DNA of 64,000 bases from Hydrolagus colliei (Eukaryota), in assembly GCA_035084275.1 (NCBI GenBank), contig CM068755.1:8246001-8310000 (forward strand), read 5' to 3'. How positions within the stretch are numbered: position 1 is the stretch's first letter; every line of letters starts with the position of its first letter. The notes under the pieces were generated by a model. It worked only from the letters and a program-made list of their open reading frames with translations. It was not told where the DNA came from and searched no databases. The position numbers and the translations under genes are program-made. Positions 25,118 through 39,868 of the stretch are shown here, piece after piece.

Positions 25118-28100
25118 TTGTTTTACTTAGTAGTGGCAACACCTCTGCCAAAATGTCCTGCTGACAGTATTTGCTTAGCAACAGACTTGTTCTGTGCATT
25201 TGTTATCAACATAACTAAATACTTTACACCATGTAGGGTCCCCATTCTAACTGCAGCAGTTCAGCATCATTGTTTTGAAAAAGCATGGGTAGATTATTGA
25301 TATTGATTTTGTTTTTATAACAGTAATTTATATGAAAACATTTTGAAATGACATATTTATAATGCTTTGTGTGTGTTGTCTTCATGTCCCTGCAATTGAA
25401 TTACAGTACAAGTCGTAATTAAACTTTTACTGGGATCTAAATGGCTTCAAAAAATATGAGCAACAATTGTTTTTCTATTGTAGGGATATGACTTTTAAAT
25501 AGATTGAAAGCTGATCTAATAAAGCACTCCATGCATGCAGAGCTATTGAACAACATGCTGCTTTGTTACCATGACGACATAAACCAGTGCTTCTGGTATT
25601 CCAAAATTGCTAACTAAAACAATGTTGAATTTATGTGTGATTTGTGTTGCAGGCCTTCAGAAATCCTTGTGGGGAGGAGGGGGGGTGGAAGGGGGTCTCC
25701 TAAAAGCATGTCCAGCAAGAGTTTTTTTTACCTATTTATTGTCAGTCGTTACACTTAATGCATCACAACAAATGCTTTTTGTGTTTTCCATGGAAGCATC
25801 TTACATACGCTAATTTGTAGAGGAGAAGGGCATGCTAAAGGACTCAATGCCCCCATAGGTATTTTTAAATGGCATTTCTGAATTCCACTGTTACCTTATT
25901 GATCTAGACAAACATGAATGTCCTGCCTCTTTTAGTCAACTAACTATAGCTGCTGAAAGGTGAGTCATTGTAACATTCCTCAACATTCAAACAAATGCGA
26001 AACTTCCATGTTAATGTAGATTGAGATTAAATACGGGTGACAATATCTAATAACAACAATAATTTAAACTTATAAAGTGCCTTTCACATCGGGAGGACGT
26101 CCTAAGGCACTGCAAATAAATAAATAATAAAATAATAATAAATAATAATAAAGTAGATTTGATGCTTGTTCTATTATCCTGGTACATAAAACTTTCAACT
26201 CAAGGTGTTTTAGATCCAGAAGTATATCCAGACTTATGTCTTCCGAGTATCAATGCGCTTCACAGGGTATCCTGTAAAGTGTTATGATTTTTATTTTGTT
26301 GGCAAAAATATATAGGCAGGCACTATACTTTAAAAATTACTGTGAGATTAATCTGCGTTGCATTTCTTTTGCGCACCTTAACAGGTAGTTGTAGTAACTG
26401 GTAGCCTGCTCTCGAAGGTCAGCACACCACCAATGAAATGGAGAAACTTTTCAAAGTAATTAGCAAAAAATGTCAGTTGTTCAAATACACATAATGTACT
26501 ATTCCCGACTCACAGGCAGAAAATACAGCTCAATCGCACAGCAGTTTAAATTGTGTGGCTCCTTAGCATTAAGTTCAAACCGTGGGTGGTTTGATAGCTG
26601 CCTGCCACGATACCTACTACCAGTCATGAAAATACTTGTAGAAAATGAAATAAAATTGGTTCCTGTGTACATTACCCAGTACATCAGTAGGAGTGAGCTT
26701 CAAGAACATATTGTATCTCAGAATGTTTTTCCATGTTCATGAATTACTCAAGCTTTATTCGTGGTGTGAGATATAGCATTAAAACCTTTCTGAAAACTCC
26801 TTAAAACTTACTTATGTTACTCCTGCCTCCGTGTGATCCTATATAGTGTTTATTGCATTACAGTACTGTATTGGTATCTCAAATATTTGCCACAGGTTTC
26901 ACAAAGGTTTTTAAAATATTGATTCATGTTAACTAGATTTATATTTGTTGCTGTTAATCTGTTGCTATTTTGATTATTGTGGGTGTTCATTATGGGTGCA
27001 ATCAGCAAATGTTTGATTATCCTGGCTTTGACATGTGGTATGAGAAATGTAACATCTTAAACATCTACTAAGATTGACCATCTTATGTCGGTTTCTTGCC
27101 AGGAACTCTGGAGTCATTTGCACACTTAACCAGTAAGCTCTTCCCACTGTCCTCTAGACTAGTATGATAGTGAATTCCCTTAATAGAACACTTGCTTATT
27201 GTGCGTTGTCCATTGGTAAATATTTAAAAGTTATAAAGAGAACACAGTGCATTCCAGTAATATGAGCAAGCAGAATTGGCTCATTCTTTCCTCGCCTTTG
27301 TTGAAAGTGCTTGTATACTGAAGCTCTTGCTCCTGCTCAGTCTGTCTTTGTGGTTATCCATTGGGACAAAACATCCGCTGTTTTTAAACAGTGGGTATAA
27401 GTTGTTATGGCATTTTAACTTTATTTATTGGACATTTAGAATTAGCAGGTGTTAAAATAAGGGATAATGAGATTCCGCTGAGTCAGAAATATTTATTATA
27501 ACACAGAATAAACTATCATGGGTGCATGTGAATCAGAAGAAACTTCATTGAGAAATTCAAATTGTGGGAAGAATGCTCAAGTGATTTCCTTTAGTGAATC
27601 CTGAAATATAATTACTGGTTTATAACGTCATCGGAAGAAATGGGATTTACTGCCTTGAAGTCGTGCGTGGTTTTCTCCATACCCCAAGTCAGAGTGAAAC
27701 TGTTCAAATTATCATCCCTGTGGATGAGATAATGGTTTTGCAGAATTAACCAGTCAGATGCAGAATGTTGACACTATAGTTGGCAGCACAATGATTCTTA
27801 TGCTAGGGGAGAATCTCAACTTCTAACTTCCAATTTTCATCTGGTTACCCAGTAGATACATGGAGGACGGGATTTTGTTTCATTCTGATGCTCTTAATCA
27901 TAAAATGCCTAGTGTAAGTCATTGCCTGCGGTACAGTAGCCTGAAGGGAAAACAATAGTTAGATTATGTACTGACCAGGTAGGAGTGATACATTACTTAG
28001 CCTCACCTTATCAAATGATTTTCCAGCAATCTTTTTATCAATACACACATGCAAACGGCATCCGAGATGTATATTATTATGAAATGAATGCCTTCTATAA

Positions 28101-29674
28101 ATGGTACCTTTCTATTCACAATGAATTTTGGGGGTGGATATATTTTAAAAAATCTGCTTACATTATTTTTGTCTGCAGTGAGACATTGGACCCACAGTAG
28201 CTGTTATGTAGGACTTTTAACAATTGTTACACATCCACTGGGTATCATGTGCTCATGGTTGTTTTTCTCACTTCAAGTCCAAAAGAGAAATTCTTCAAAA
28301 GAATAAGAAAAAAAACTTTTGTTAATAGATTAATTAAAGCTGACTGCCAACAAATTGCAAGAAGGCAGCTATGGCATGAAATTTGAGCTTCAATAACCTT
28401 ATTTAGTAAAAAGCTCCCAATGATGACTCTATCATTTGGGTATGTCTGTCTTAAATCATTGAATTTATCTGGCACCACACTTCATTCTTTCCATCCATAT
28501 TTTCTGTGGAATTTGTTCCTTCCAGAAAAGTTTATTAGCTCAAACAGAGAACATTCTTTTATTTAATAGTTCTGATTTTTTTATTTTGTAGTTGAAGTAA
28601 GTACTTCATAACAATGTAGTATCCTTAAATTCCCAGGGAATTCAATTGGTTGAGGATTAATTTGGGGCAAGAATCTTCAAGGTTTGAATCCCAGTGGGTC
28701 CATTCAGCCCTTCAACCTTTTGAACACTTTAAAATGAATGCCAGACACACACAAAATCCTCATTAGAGTTAGGCACTGAGCATGGGACTCCCTGGGTTGA
28801 ACTGGCTTTAAGAAAACATTCCTGAACAGGTATGTAGTGATTTGATTTATTGTTGGTTGTTCACCATTTTGTCTCTTTCATGAAACTTGTAGTATATGAA
28901 CTTACCCAGCAAAACTGAAGGGTGGTCCAAGCTGGTCACATACTGTACAATGCTACACGGTTACTTTTATTTATCACTGGATCAAGCACCACTTCATATG
29001 CCATCCAAATGAACAGAAATTAAAAATCCATCCCGGTGGAAATAGTGACAAGTAAACCTGAATAATTGCAGTAACAATGTAGAACTCAATTTGTCAAACT
29101 GAAGTGGCTATCGGCTTTCAGTTGAAAAAACCTTACTTGTTAATCTACAGATATTCCATAAAATACTGTTCTAAATACCCAGGAGCAAACTCAACAACAA
29201 CAACTTTCATTTATATAGCGCCCTCCACGCCGGACAGCGTCTCAGAGCGCTTTAAAACTCATTGTATGTCAGTGGTAGGATTAGAGTATTTTCTGTTCCT
29301 GAATTTTAGTTATGGGCATAAAAAGCTGCTGTGAGAAGTGGGGGGAGCGATTTTGATCTGTCACGCTTATCTTGCTGCACTGGGGAGATGCTATCTTGCT
29401 GGCAGCACCACATTTGAAACATTCAATTCTGTACAAGTGTGGGTTTCTTTCTCTGCTTTACTTCTGGTGTGTATGGTTAAGCTTAGGGAAGGAGATAGAA
29501 AGTAGTGAGTAACCAGTTTCTACCATCCATTATACCAGAATGCGATAAAAATCTATCTCGTGATTCCGCAGCCCAAATTATTTAACTGAAATGTATCAAA
29601 AGTCTTTCTTGCCTAGAATGAGTCCAGCTGGAACATTTTGCAGGATTAATATTCCTGCTCCTGATTATTGTCCA

Positions 29675-30057
29675 GCAGCAACAAAGTTACATTTGTATGG
29701 TGCCTTTCACATCGGGAGGACGTCCCAAAGCACTGAACAGTCAGGGGTCAGGACCTGAGCATGGAGATGGGATGGGGGACAGGGTTGGGATGAGGGAGGG
29801 TGGCTGAAGGCACAGTCAAAAAGGGGGATCTTGAGTTGGGCCTTGAAGGAGGCAAGGGAGGGATTAAGGCAAAATGATTGTGGGATGGAGGCCAGAGGCT
29901 GAAAGCCCGGCTGCCAATGGTAGGACGCGTCGGAGATATGGAACAAGCTGGAGCTTGCTGAAAGGAGGGAGCGGTACAGGTTGATAGGGGGTCAGCATGT
30001 CAGAGAGGTAGGAGGGAGCAAGATTGTGGCGGGCCTTGAAATTGCGGACGAGGAGCA
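29675..30057 (-). mobile_element. L2-clade LINE 3' fragment
   Basis: FKARHNLAPSYLSDML and FKAQLK motifs; tail shared with the other L2 copies. Confidence 0.9.
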
Positions 30058-31611
30058 TTGCTGGAAAGTGGGCAAAGGTAGTTGTTAAGTGAGAATGGGG
30101 TTGAGCTCAACCAATGGCACTTCACACTTGAGCTGCCAGCACTCACTGACAGCCTTATACACAAAGAATGAATGTATGTTGGATGTAACGGAGGGTGACA
30201 TGCCTATAAAACAAGGTGTCTATACGAGTTCCCTCCTTCAGGAGGAGGAGAGAAAATGGGAGGGATGGAAAGGCAGAATATGAATGATGGGTTAATGTGA
30301 ATTGGATACAGAAAAATACAGTGAGCTTTTCCACTGCCATGTGCCATAAAGTCGTGCAATGTGGATCATATGTAATAAGCTTGCGTAATACTCTTCTGAT
30401 CTTAGTTGCACTGTCAGGAACACACAGAACTGACAGCAGATGATTTCCCACAGGAAAGAAAAGAAAATTTGAAGAAAAGCCAACCTTGGTTTCAGTTAAA
30501 TACCATCTGACCGCTGGCTCAAGAACCATATTGGCCATCCTGGGAGCAGGTCATCTGCCTGCCTTTTCTGTTGAAAATAATATGTTAGACGGAGCTGAAG
30601 TAAAGAGAATTTTAGAATTTTAAAGAAGATAGAATTTGCATTGTTTTAAGGACTTTGCATGTTAAGAAATTCTCAATGTGCTTTCCAGTAATTAAGTGAT
30701 GATAATTACTTTAAAGCATTTGGAGGCATTGTTAGGAAGCACATATTAAGCCAATCCAGAAGACTCCTTATTTTCTTTTTTTAATTTTGGGGTGATATCA
30801 GATTCCAGATCTGCCTCGTCTTTCCGCTCCCAACAGACCCTTAAAACAAAAAGAACAAATGTTTGTGGGTTGTGTGAATAAAGGGAATGTGTTCCATATG
30901 TGATTCTGCAAATGTTAACTTCCCCTTCTTTGTCCTAAACAGAGTAAAAACCATAATAGGAATGCTTAAGAAAGGGACCAGACTAACAAGATTGCTTAGT
31001 TTACTTAGGCAGCCATGCAGCAAGTATTTTGCAGCCTTTTATTTCAGTTTACTGTTTTATTACAATCTCCCCCCTCCCCCAGCACTTCCTCCTCAGCTTG
31101 TGTTGCCTGTGTGCATCAGTGATGTCAGCCAAGCCAGATGTTGATGCTGTGTGGGAACTGAATCAGGCTCAGTATGGCACGAGAGATCCGCTCTTTTAGA
31201 CTACTAATTCGATACAATCCTTTAAAGATTGCACTGTCTTTTCCCCTGTTTGATTTAATTAATAGCTCTTACAAAGGTGACTCATTTATTGTCAAGTTTG
31301 ATTTCTTGTTTCCTTCTCTATATATAATTGGAATACATTAACCTCTTCACTATTACAAATAAGGGTACCACAATCCTCTTGGTTGTGTTTCAACAAATAA
31401 CATTGATCTGTAATTTTGCATCAAGTAGTCATATGGAGCACTCCCTGCTCAGGTATTTGAAAGGTTCTATTCATGCTTTACACCACAAATTACTATATAT
31501 ATTTTGGAAGCAAGTATCCTTGGTTAATTTTTTGTAAGCATTCCTAACTTGGGAACAAAAGCCAATTACAATGTCCAAATTCATTTCAATACAATTTCTA
31601 TGTACTGTACA

Positions 31612-31720
31612 AATAATAATAATCCTTGCTTTTGATGTAGCACTTTTCATGACTTCAACACATCTCAAAGTACTTCACAGAATATACTGTAAAGTGAATT
31701 GACTGTACATTTTTGGGCAA
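31612..31720 (-). mobile_element. Young SINE, 3' fragment
   Basis: Reverse-complement family tail. Confidence 0.8.
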
Positions 31721-32554
31721 AATAATAGTTAATTCCCCCCAATTTATTAACATGGTGCAATTTATGAAGTCTTTCTCGTCATCTGTTTTCATGTTGTCAT
31801 ACAATATTTGGGAACTCTACAAATATTTTATGATAGATAATGATAATTTCTTGTATCCCGTATCTCATACCTCAGAAATATACCAGTGAGTATCGTTATA
31901 TGAATCAATCCAGATGTGTGTTCTTTTCAGGCTCACCATGGTAAAATGTAAATTGTGATCTGTAAGAATATCAGATTTAACTGATATTAGCTGATATTTC
32001 TTCCCCCCGCCCCCCCCAACCGTTTGACTTTTATTCCCCTTTTTTTGAGCAGTAGGTTCTAAGTGCATTGAGTGCCCTTTGGTACTTTTTTCAAGTGGTC
32101 ATTACTCGTGAGTCTTGGAAGTGAGTTTTAGTGCGTTATTCCAGGGCAGGAATAGAAATTACTGCCAAACCAAATGTAATGCCCCAAATTGCCGTCCAGG
32201 CTGCAACCAGCCTGTTGCTAAGCTAAATGATATTGGCATGGTTACAGGACTTTACACATTTAATCCACTCTTTCAGATTCTTTTCAATAGAAGAATGCTG
32301 ACAATCAGACAATGTTGTAATAACAACAAAAATGCTGAAATGTAGCTTTGGTCTTTCATTGATTCTCATCAGTTAGGTTGTCCAGTGCACTGACAGGAAA
32401 CGCCAATCAAACCAGATTGATTATTTCTACTATTTTTATGTTGATGTAACAGAATCTTGAATTGGTTAGAATTTTAGTCTATAAATCAGATGATTCTGTT
32501 GTTGTGCGCTCCTTAATGAGACTTGACTTTCTTTTTTAAAAATTCTTCTTCAGA

Positions 32555-32649
32555 ATGATGGATGGACTCATGTCACACACAACATTGCCTCCCCTTTTCG
32601 CTGATGATGATGTATCGAAGGAGAGCGCTGATTTGACAGTCGACGCAGG
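32555..32649 (+). CDS. HMG20A: HMG20A coding exon 1 (MMDGLMSHTTLPPLFADDDVSKESADLTVDAG)
   Basis: Pyrimidine tract and CAG acceptor at 32551-32553, ATG at 32555, donor GG|GTATGT. Translation matches the HMG20A N-terminus as I recall it (TLPPLFADEDGSKES). Ends in phase 2. Confidence 0.93.
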
Positions 32650-33962
32650 GTATGTTTATATACTTTTGCCCAAAGGTCACTGATTCCATTATTGCACTGT
32701 AATTAATTCATTCACACCTAAGTGAACACAAGCATCTGGAAGTTAATTTGATAAAATGTCTCCTCCATTTTCAATCTAGCATCATTACGATACCTTTTAA
32801 TGTAATACCATATAAATTACACAGTTAGTCAAGGATGTCCTTTCCTTTCAGAGGAAAGGAAAGATAACCACTGTTTAAAAATTGCTATTCGTCAAAAGTT
32901 TTTTTAAAATGTTGAAGATGCAGTAGAAATGGCTAAAGCACATGGTGTGTATTGGTGTACCCAGATGAAAATTAATGAATAAACTTGCATTTACACTGGA
33001 ACAATAAACTTGCATATCATAGTGACTTGAATGTCAAAAGTTGTAAAGCACTTCATAGCATTTATTGTCAAGTATTGGTGCATTTTTGGCAGTAAACGCA
33101 ATAATATTTTTTTGCCTAGTGAAATCCCTGACACAGTCATGAGGTAAATTGCCAAATTGAGAATTATTGGCCAGAAATGTGCATTAAAGGATTGCCTGAC
33201 TGAATTTGTTTTGTCCCAAAAGGCTCAGTGAATATTGGCGCCAAATATGAACTGAACTATACAAATATTTGGAGTGGGAGTCTTACAGTTTCTGGGTTAT
33301 GCATATACCCACTGTGAAAGCTACCTCAACTTCTACCACCAATACTTGCCAGTGGAACAAATGAAGCAATTTTAGTTAGGCAGCATAATGGCACAAAGCT
33401 CCAGAACTTCACATGCATTTCGTCCCTACATGGCTGAGTTCCAGTTTTCATGGACAACTAGCTCAGACATAACAATCCTCCTGGGTAGTCTCCTTGGAGT
33501 TGAATTTGTTCCATATTACTCCAAGGCATTGCTGCTTGCTGATAAGTCTTAGCAGTGTAGATATGTCCTCAACCCTACAATGGTAGGAAGGTCCAACTGG
33601 TCCAGTGCCATGAAAGGTACCATTGCTTTGTACTGGTAAACTGCATACTTATTACTAAATGTACCACACAATGCAGTCATGTCAACTTCTGATGTACTTT
33701 GATGCAGGAAAATAACCTGGAAGATATAATCTTACATCTCCAGAACAATAATAAATTTATTATCAGCTGCAGTTGTTGCCGGCAGTGGCTGGATGTGTAG
33801 GTGATATTTGTTACAAGATATTGATTGTGGTTTTTGACTCTGCAGGACTCGGCAAAGAAATACACAGGCTTCTCTCTATTCATGTGTCTGTTATATGCAA
33901 GTGCTACACTTAGATCATTTTTGGACAAAGAGCTTTTAAAAACTTTTTTTCTTTTGATACAG

Positions 33963-34110
33963 CTTTTCAGGCCCAGAAGGCTCATACAGTTCTGGGGTCT
34001 CCCAATCCCTGAACAATCCAGAGTTTGTAGAGGATCTGTCCCAGGTGCAGCTACTGCAGAATGAATCGCCTCAGGCACCAGACGGTAATGAGCAAAGAAG
34101 TGAGGAGGAG
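33963..34110 (+). CDS. HMG20A: HMG20A coding exon 2 (FSGPEGSYSSGVSQSLNNPEFVEDLSQVQLLQNESPQAPDGNEQRSEEE)
   Basis: ACAG acceptor, GAG|GTGAGT donor, 148 nt, phase-compatible with both neighbours. NNPEFVEDLSQ motif is characteristic of HMG20A. Confidence 0.95.
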
Positions 34111-36314
34111 GTGAGTGTGGTAGCCATCTGCACACATCCCTCGCAGTCACACACAATCCAGGCAGTGTTCTTTCTCTCAGGCAAAACTACCATATGTTTC
34201 TCATATAGAATTCCAATATTTCATAGGATCATTTTGCAGCTTTTTTACTTGATTAATCCAGACTAAGTAAAGTTGATATTTTTAGGAAACTAAGGGTATG
34301 CAAAATATTGGGAACGGGTAAATGTAAATTACAAAGAAAAGATTCAATAGTTGTGAGGAGGCAGGATAAAGACATCTGAATAAAGAGGGATGGAGAGTAG
34401 GTGGAAGAACATTAAAAGATGAACTTGGTGCTTCACATGAACCACATGACAGGAAGGAACAGAGCTTTCTCTGATTATTTTTGCAAAGCTTGCAAATATT
34501 TAATTACTTGCAAATATTTTGCCTTCAATGTTCTGCAAAGTTCTTTTTGTGCTACCTTTCCGCCTCTTTCCTGAAGGCATTTGACTCCCTTTTTCCTTCA
34601 AAGTGAGAAGTGTTTCACTGACTTTGGAAGCCCTCCTCTATCTCGCTATCTTTCTAGTGCCAATAGTAGGGTATTTCATCATGGGGAAACATCACAGCTG
34701 AGCTCGACACTTACACATCCACTTTCTATCAGGGTGAATTCACTACATTTCGCAATTAAACCTGCAACTGGCCTGTTCTATCAGGCTTTCAGAGGAGCTG
34801 AGCATATCAAACACTCTTATCACACTAAATATGTAATTGAGGATTTCTTTGTAAGTGTTAGAGCAATCTAACTATTACTGACATCTCAGTTGCAGCAAAG
34901 GGTTTTTCAGTTTTACAGTGTTACTTGATTTGATTTTTTAAAATAAACTGTTTCAGTCTACGAGAGCTCACATTCTCAAGAGCTACTGCCAGTTAAGAGT
35001 TAATTGTTAATTGTTCATTCTAATTGTTTGGATATTGTACAAGGGCTTTCTGTACTGACAGTAATTAACCAGGTGCAGTGTTCTACTCTGAAGAGCTCTG
35101 CATCCTCCTCAGCTACAGCTGTAACTACACAAACCTTGGCATGCTGCAAGCAGTGCAGGACATGATAGTTACTTTTCATCTGATAGAGACCAATTTAGAG
35201 CCGGACACAGCAACACAATGCCTCCCTGCGGAGGCTTGAGTGCAGCTAATGGAGATCACTGCCACAGTGTAATGCCAAATCTATTGCCACTTTGAAAAGG
35301 GTTGGATTAAGTGGGTGGAGATATGGGTGGTGCAGTGAGACAGAACACTGTTCTTTCATCTTTTGATGTGAGTTTGAATGCAATGCAGACTGATGACATG
35401 AAAGTCTCCTCTCCATCCAGCTATAAATGAAACAATCACTCCCAAGCCACATCCTAATGACTATTTCATGACACAAAACTATCCCTAGCTTTTATCAAAG
35501 CAAGTTGTTGGGATTGTGCAGAGAGATATGAAAATCCCATTATAAGAACCTAATGTTATGTTTAAACGTTAGTATGTTTAGCAATAAACACAGGTTAAAA
35601 CCTAATGGATTCTTTAATAGAATAAGCTTTTATCAGCACAAACACCGCACACTGTAATACTGTACACATAAACTAACATTATTATACAGTATACATAATG
35701 TATATAATAATCATCCTTGCATTTGATATAAGGCTGTATCATGTTAATGCCTGAAAGAGCTTCCTAATTTTTTACAGTGATGTCTGTATAGGCAAACAGA
35801 GAAGCCAATTTGTCCACAGCAGTGTACCAGATACCTTGAAATTAGTGACTTTTATCTGGAGAAACTCCCTCCTCCATGTTCTGTATAATGTCCCCTATTT
35901 CCGTGACTATGTGTGTATTTGTGCTATAAAATATTGCTATTCCTGAGTATTAAAGCATGTATAAAGTATCCATCAATCACACCACATAATATCCTTTGTT
36001 TTGCGCTGAAAAAATGTGGGGAAGTTGACAGTTGGGTTGCCGATTGTATGCTCAGCAGGCCACCCACATGCTCAAAGAATGGAAGTGGTTCCAATTCAAA
36101 ACAAAACTCCTCCAGAGGTGGTTTCTACACATGTAGTTCTTTAACACTTGCTCCCAAGACCATTTGGAAAAACCATATGTCTAACTTTGTGATGATTGAG
36201 TCCTTATGGTCATAATCAATGTAACCCTCACCGGGTTACATTTATATTTTCTTTTGCTTTGATCACAAAAATATCTTCAGCCATGTCTTAGAAACAAAAT
36301 GAGATAATCATTCA

Positions 36315-36490
36315 ACAATAACAAATTACATGTGTATCTTTCATGTAATGAGAACGTCCCAAAGCTCTGGACATTCAGGGATTTGGACCTGATCTGGAGG
36401 GCAGGGTATAGGTAGGTGCGTGGCCATGGGTGTGGTCAAATAGGAGGGTGTTGAGACATGTCTTGAAGGAGGGAGCAGGGCGAAATAATT
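36315..36490 (-). mobile_element. Short L2 3' tail
   Basis: Similar to the tail at 29675-29880. Confidence 0.7.
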
Positions 36491-36518
36491 GGGATGTCAA
36501 TTAATTAGAATTTATATG

Positions 36519-36881
36519 TAATAATAATCCTTGCATTTGATATAGTGCTTCTAGATATAATAATACAATAATAATAATCCTTGCATTTGATATAGCACTT
36601 TTCACATCTTCTAGACATTTCAAAGTGCTTCATAGAATATACTGTAAAGTGAATTGGCAATAAATTTGTGGGAAAAACGCAGCAGCCAATTGAGTCCAGC
36701 TATGTCCCACAAACAATTGTGGATTGAATTGACCAGTTTTCAAAAAATTTTTTACTCTTGTGTGATTATTATCAGTCCATTGGACGAAGGAAACTTGTGC
36801 AAGATTTCACCCTGCTGGGAATCAAATCCAGGTGTCTTGCATGTGAGCCTAGTGCTCTAACCACTGAGCTGCAGGAATTCC
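36519..36881 (-). mobile_element. Young SINE, full length, duplicated 3' tail
   Basis: Family match; aataataatccttgcatttgatatag occurs twice (~36520 and ~36570). Confidence 0.9.
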
Positions 36882-38274
36882 ACTTTGGTGGTGAATTTGG
36901 TCAAGGAGAGAATCCGCAGTTGAATCCCATTTATGAAATACATGGCTGTGTATTCTCCCAGCTTTTGAAGATGATGCTCCCAAATCTCTTTTTGGAACCC
37001 TTTTTTTTTAACAATCTCTCCTTCATGATCAGTTGGAAGATTACCAGCTGGCTTAGTTGATAGTAGTGCATGTATGGACCCAATGATCACTGCTGAGGGA
37101 GCCAGTCTGACTATGTGATCTTAATAGGTTCTGTGTAGAGTCTCTTCAGCAGGAAGGAGCAGTGCTGCACATTTGTTACAATGCGCAATGTAAGCATTTT
37201 GTTTGTTATACCATAAGGCGCTTCTTTGTGTTAAAATGACAATGTGGACCGCATGTCTATTTGTCTCCCTGGCTATCGCTAATGTCTGGGGATATTTTTT
37301 TTTGCTGGCTTTAGAAAATCCTTTGCTGTGCATAAGGTGAAGCTTATCTCTGGAGTTGTACTCCAATGCAGATCATGTATTGTGTAAGAGAAAAAATTCC
37401 AAACTCTACTCAACACAGGTACAAAAGTACATCCTAACTGGATGCACAGTAAACTTCTGCTAACATGACTCTGGCTTGTCGCCCCCACCAGTCATAATTA
37501 TATCAATCTCCCAGCTACATTTATTTATGTATTTATACATTATGTCTAAATCGCTATTCCTTGTTACTTGTCACTGAGTCCTTTACCCCTGGAGTGACAA
37601 GCTATCAGGGGTTGATTGGGTTATATAAATATATTATTGTATTGGGATCTAAAAATCTTCTTTAAATTACAGTAGTTGTGTTTATTACTATTTTTGTCCC
37701 TCAGTAATTTTCTCCTAGCCACCACTTCCCTAAAGCCATTAAATGTTTGTTTTGTACTGTGATACAGTTCCACAGGCTCTGGGAACTCTCCAAGAGTCGT
37801 GGGAGAGCGCGGAATAACTAGATTCTGCACTCCAAGGTCTCTATAAATGCTAAATTCCTGTATTATGTGCTGGGTAGCAATGAAAAGGGAGAAGCTTTTC
37901 TTTACCCATCCCTATCCCCCCCACCCACACCGAAACCTGGGATGTTGAGGTCCTTTGTGTCAAACTGAAAAAGAAGATTCCATAACTGTCAAAGGTTCAA
38001 ATATCAATGTCTGAAAACACAGGTAACTGCTTCCAACCTGTTTGTGAAAAAAATTCTGTGTAATTCCAGTTTCCATTAGCATAAACCAGATCCAGCTCTA
38101 AAATGGATCTTACTCCAGTGTTCATTTTGCCCTCCTAATATCAACTCAATATATATTGAAACAAAATTTTGCGTGGCAGCTGCAATAAACCTCTTGGAAG
38201 GCTTTGAATGGTTATAGCAGTGTCTCTCAATGCAAACAAGCCATCTATCGCTGGTCTGTATGTGAAATTGATTC

Positions 38275-38480
38275 ATACAGATCAGGTCCCAGGTTCAATA
38301 TCTAGGTTCAATCGCTGAGTTAACTGAATTCTGCAGTGGCAACAATAAGGGGGATGGTAGGTAGTACAATTAGACCCAACATCTCCGGGCTAGGGAGGGG
38401 AGAATCTCAGCCTGGATTCCAGTTTCTGATCATACACTCAGTGAAGTCTGCCAGAAAGTGCATGCAGTGGCTGTTCGGTG
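38275..38480 (+). repeat. Ancient SINE-like interspersed repeat, representative copy of an unnamed family
   Basis: Motif series cccaggttcaa..gagttaactga..ggctagggagggga..cagcc(a/t)gg..tcc..ctg(c/g)..gaaagtg recurs in decayed form near 5030, 14740, 29640/30060, 42875/43816, 44600, 49600/50056, 50880, 60160 and 61660. Confidence 0.6.
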
Positions 38481-38619
38481 TAGTCAACATCATACTCTTC
38501 TATTGTATTGCTCTTTGTGGTGTGTCATCTGAGTTATGCATAAATTAACTGGAAGTGAAGATTTTCTGCTGTGTTGTGTGTTTTGTGTGATGACATTTTT
38601 TTTTCATTTCATTAATTAG

Positions 38620-38832
38620 AAAATAGGCAAGAAAGGAGGCTGGCCCAAAGGACGGAAAAGAAAAAAAATTGCCAAGGACAGTAATGCACCAAAAGCTCCA
38701 CTCACAGGTTACGTGAGGTTTCTCAACGAACGGCGGGAACAGCTTCGAGCAGAGCGCCCTGATGTCTCATTCTCCGAGATCACCAGAATGTTAGGAAATG
38801 AGTGGAGCAAACTCCCGGCAAACAAAAAGCAG
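38620..38832 (+). CDS. HMG20A: HMG20A coding exon 3: basic segment and start of HMG box ([71 protein letters not shown])
   Basis: TTAG acceptor, CAG|GTATGA donor, 213 nt open frame, HMG-box signature of the HMG20 family. Confidence 0.97.
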
Positions 38833-39729
38833 GTATGAGAATTGGGGGTTGTGTACCAGGTCAATAATACTCTTACATCAAAATCACCCTCAAATGCACA
38901 AGCTCTGGAAATGGCTTCAATACTTTACCCTAAAGTGATTGTACTGTTGGCGTTTTTGATTTGGTGTTGTGCAGATCAGTTTCTTTGGGATCAAGAAGAA
39001 TTGCTACTTGCGTCAAAGAGAGATTTGGTTGTAGACCCTTTGTTTTTATTTCATCCTTCCAGAATCCCAAACTACTGTTTCTCATTAAATATCAAACTGT
39101 TTCTTAATATATCTTTATCCTGGCTTCTACCACCATTCCTCGTAACTCATTCTAGCCTCTGATTACCCTCTTTATATAAAAAAATGACTTCCTGATGTCT
39201 GTCCTAAACATTCCTTTCACAGTCTAAATCTGTGCCCTCTCAATCTGCTGCCTTGCTGTATCTGAATGTATTGTTCTACATTTACTTTATGTATCCAATA
39301 TTAAGCTTCTTGCATATTTCTGTAAACTTCCCTCTGACAAGTCATTTTTCCAGTGTGATAACTCGCCTTTGTTTATCTAGTAGCTTATAACCCTCTAACA
39401 TGCGACTTGTTCTAGGATTTTAATCTGTAATGCGTTCTTATTTCAGCATTAAGAGTGGACCAAATTTCAGACTGTTGCCAGTGCTTTATTAGCCAATGTT
39501 CCTGGTACCCATCACCACCGTACAGATTTGTAATCAGTCAATAACCCTTTGAAGTTTGTATTCATCTGCGTTCACTTGTTCCCCTGTGAATAACTAATTG
39601 AGCTGAATCCCTATAAATAACCAATCATTTGTATATCTCCATGCTTTTTGTCTTCCTATGCATACTTGATCTTTTAGCATTATCCCCAGAGCTGTGTGAA
39701 TTCCTAATCAGTTTGTTTTATCTGCCCAG

Positions 39730-39868
39730 CATTATTTAGATGAGGCAGAGCGAGACAAAGAACGTTACATGAAGGAGTTGGAACAATACCAACAAACTGA
39801 GGCCTACAAACTCTTCAACCAGAAAGCGGAGGATAAACAGCATGTGAAAGAGTTCATCCACACCCAAG
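39730..39868 (+). CDS. HMG20A: HMG20A coding exon 4: HMG-box helix 3 (HYLDEAERDKERYMKELEQYQQTEAYKLFNQKAEDKQHVKEFIHTQ)
   Basis: CCAG acceptor, AAG|GTAAAT donor, 139 nt, continues the frame. Confidence 0.96.

Noticed and set aside
33677-34156. 159-aa ORF antisense to an HMG20A exon
   Set aside because: Antisense shadow with no recognisable domain or independent signals.
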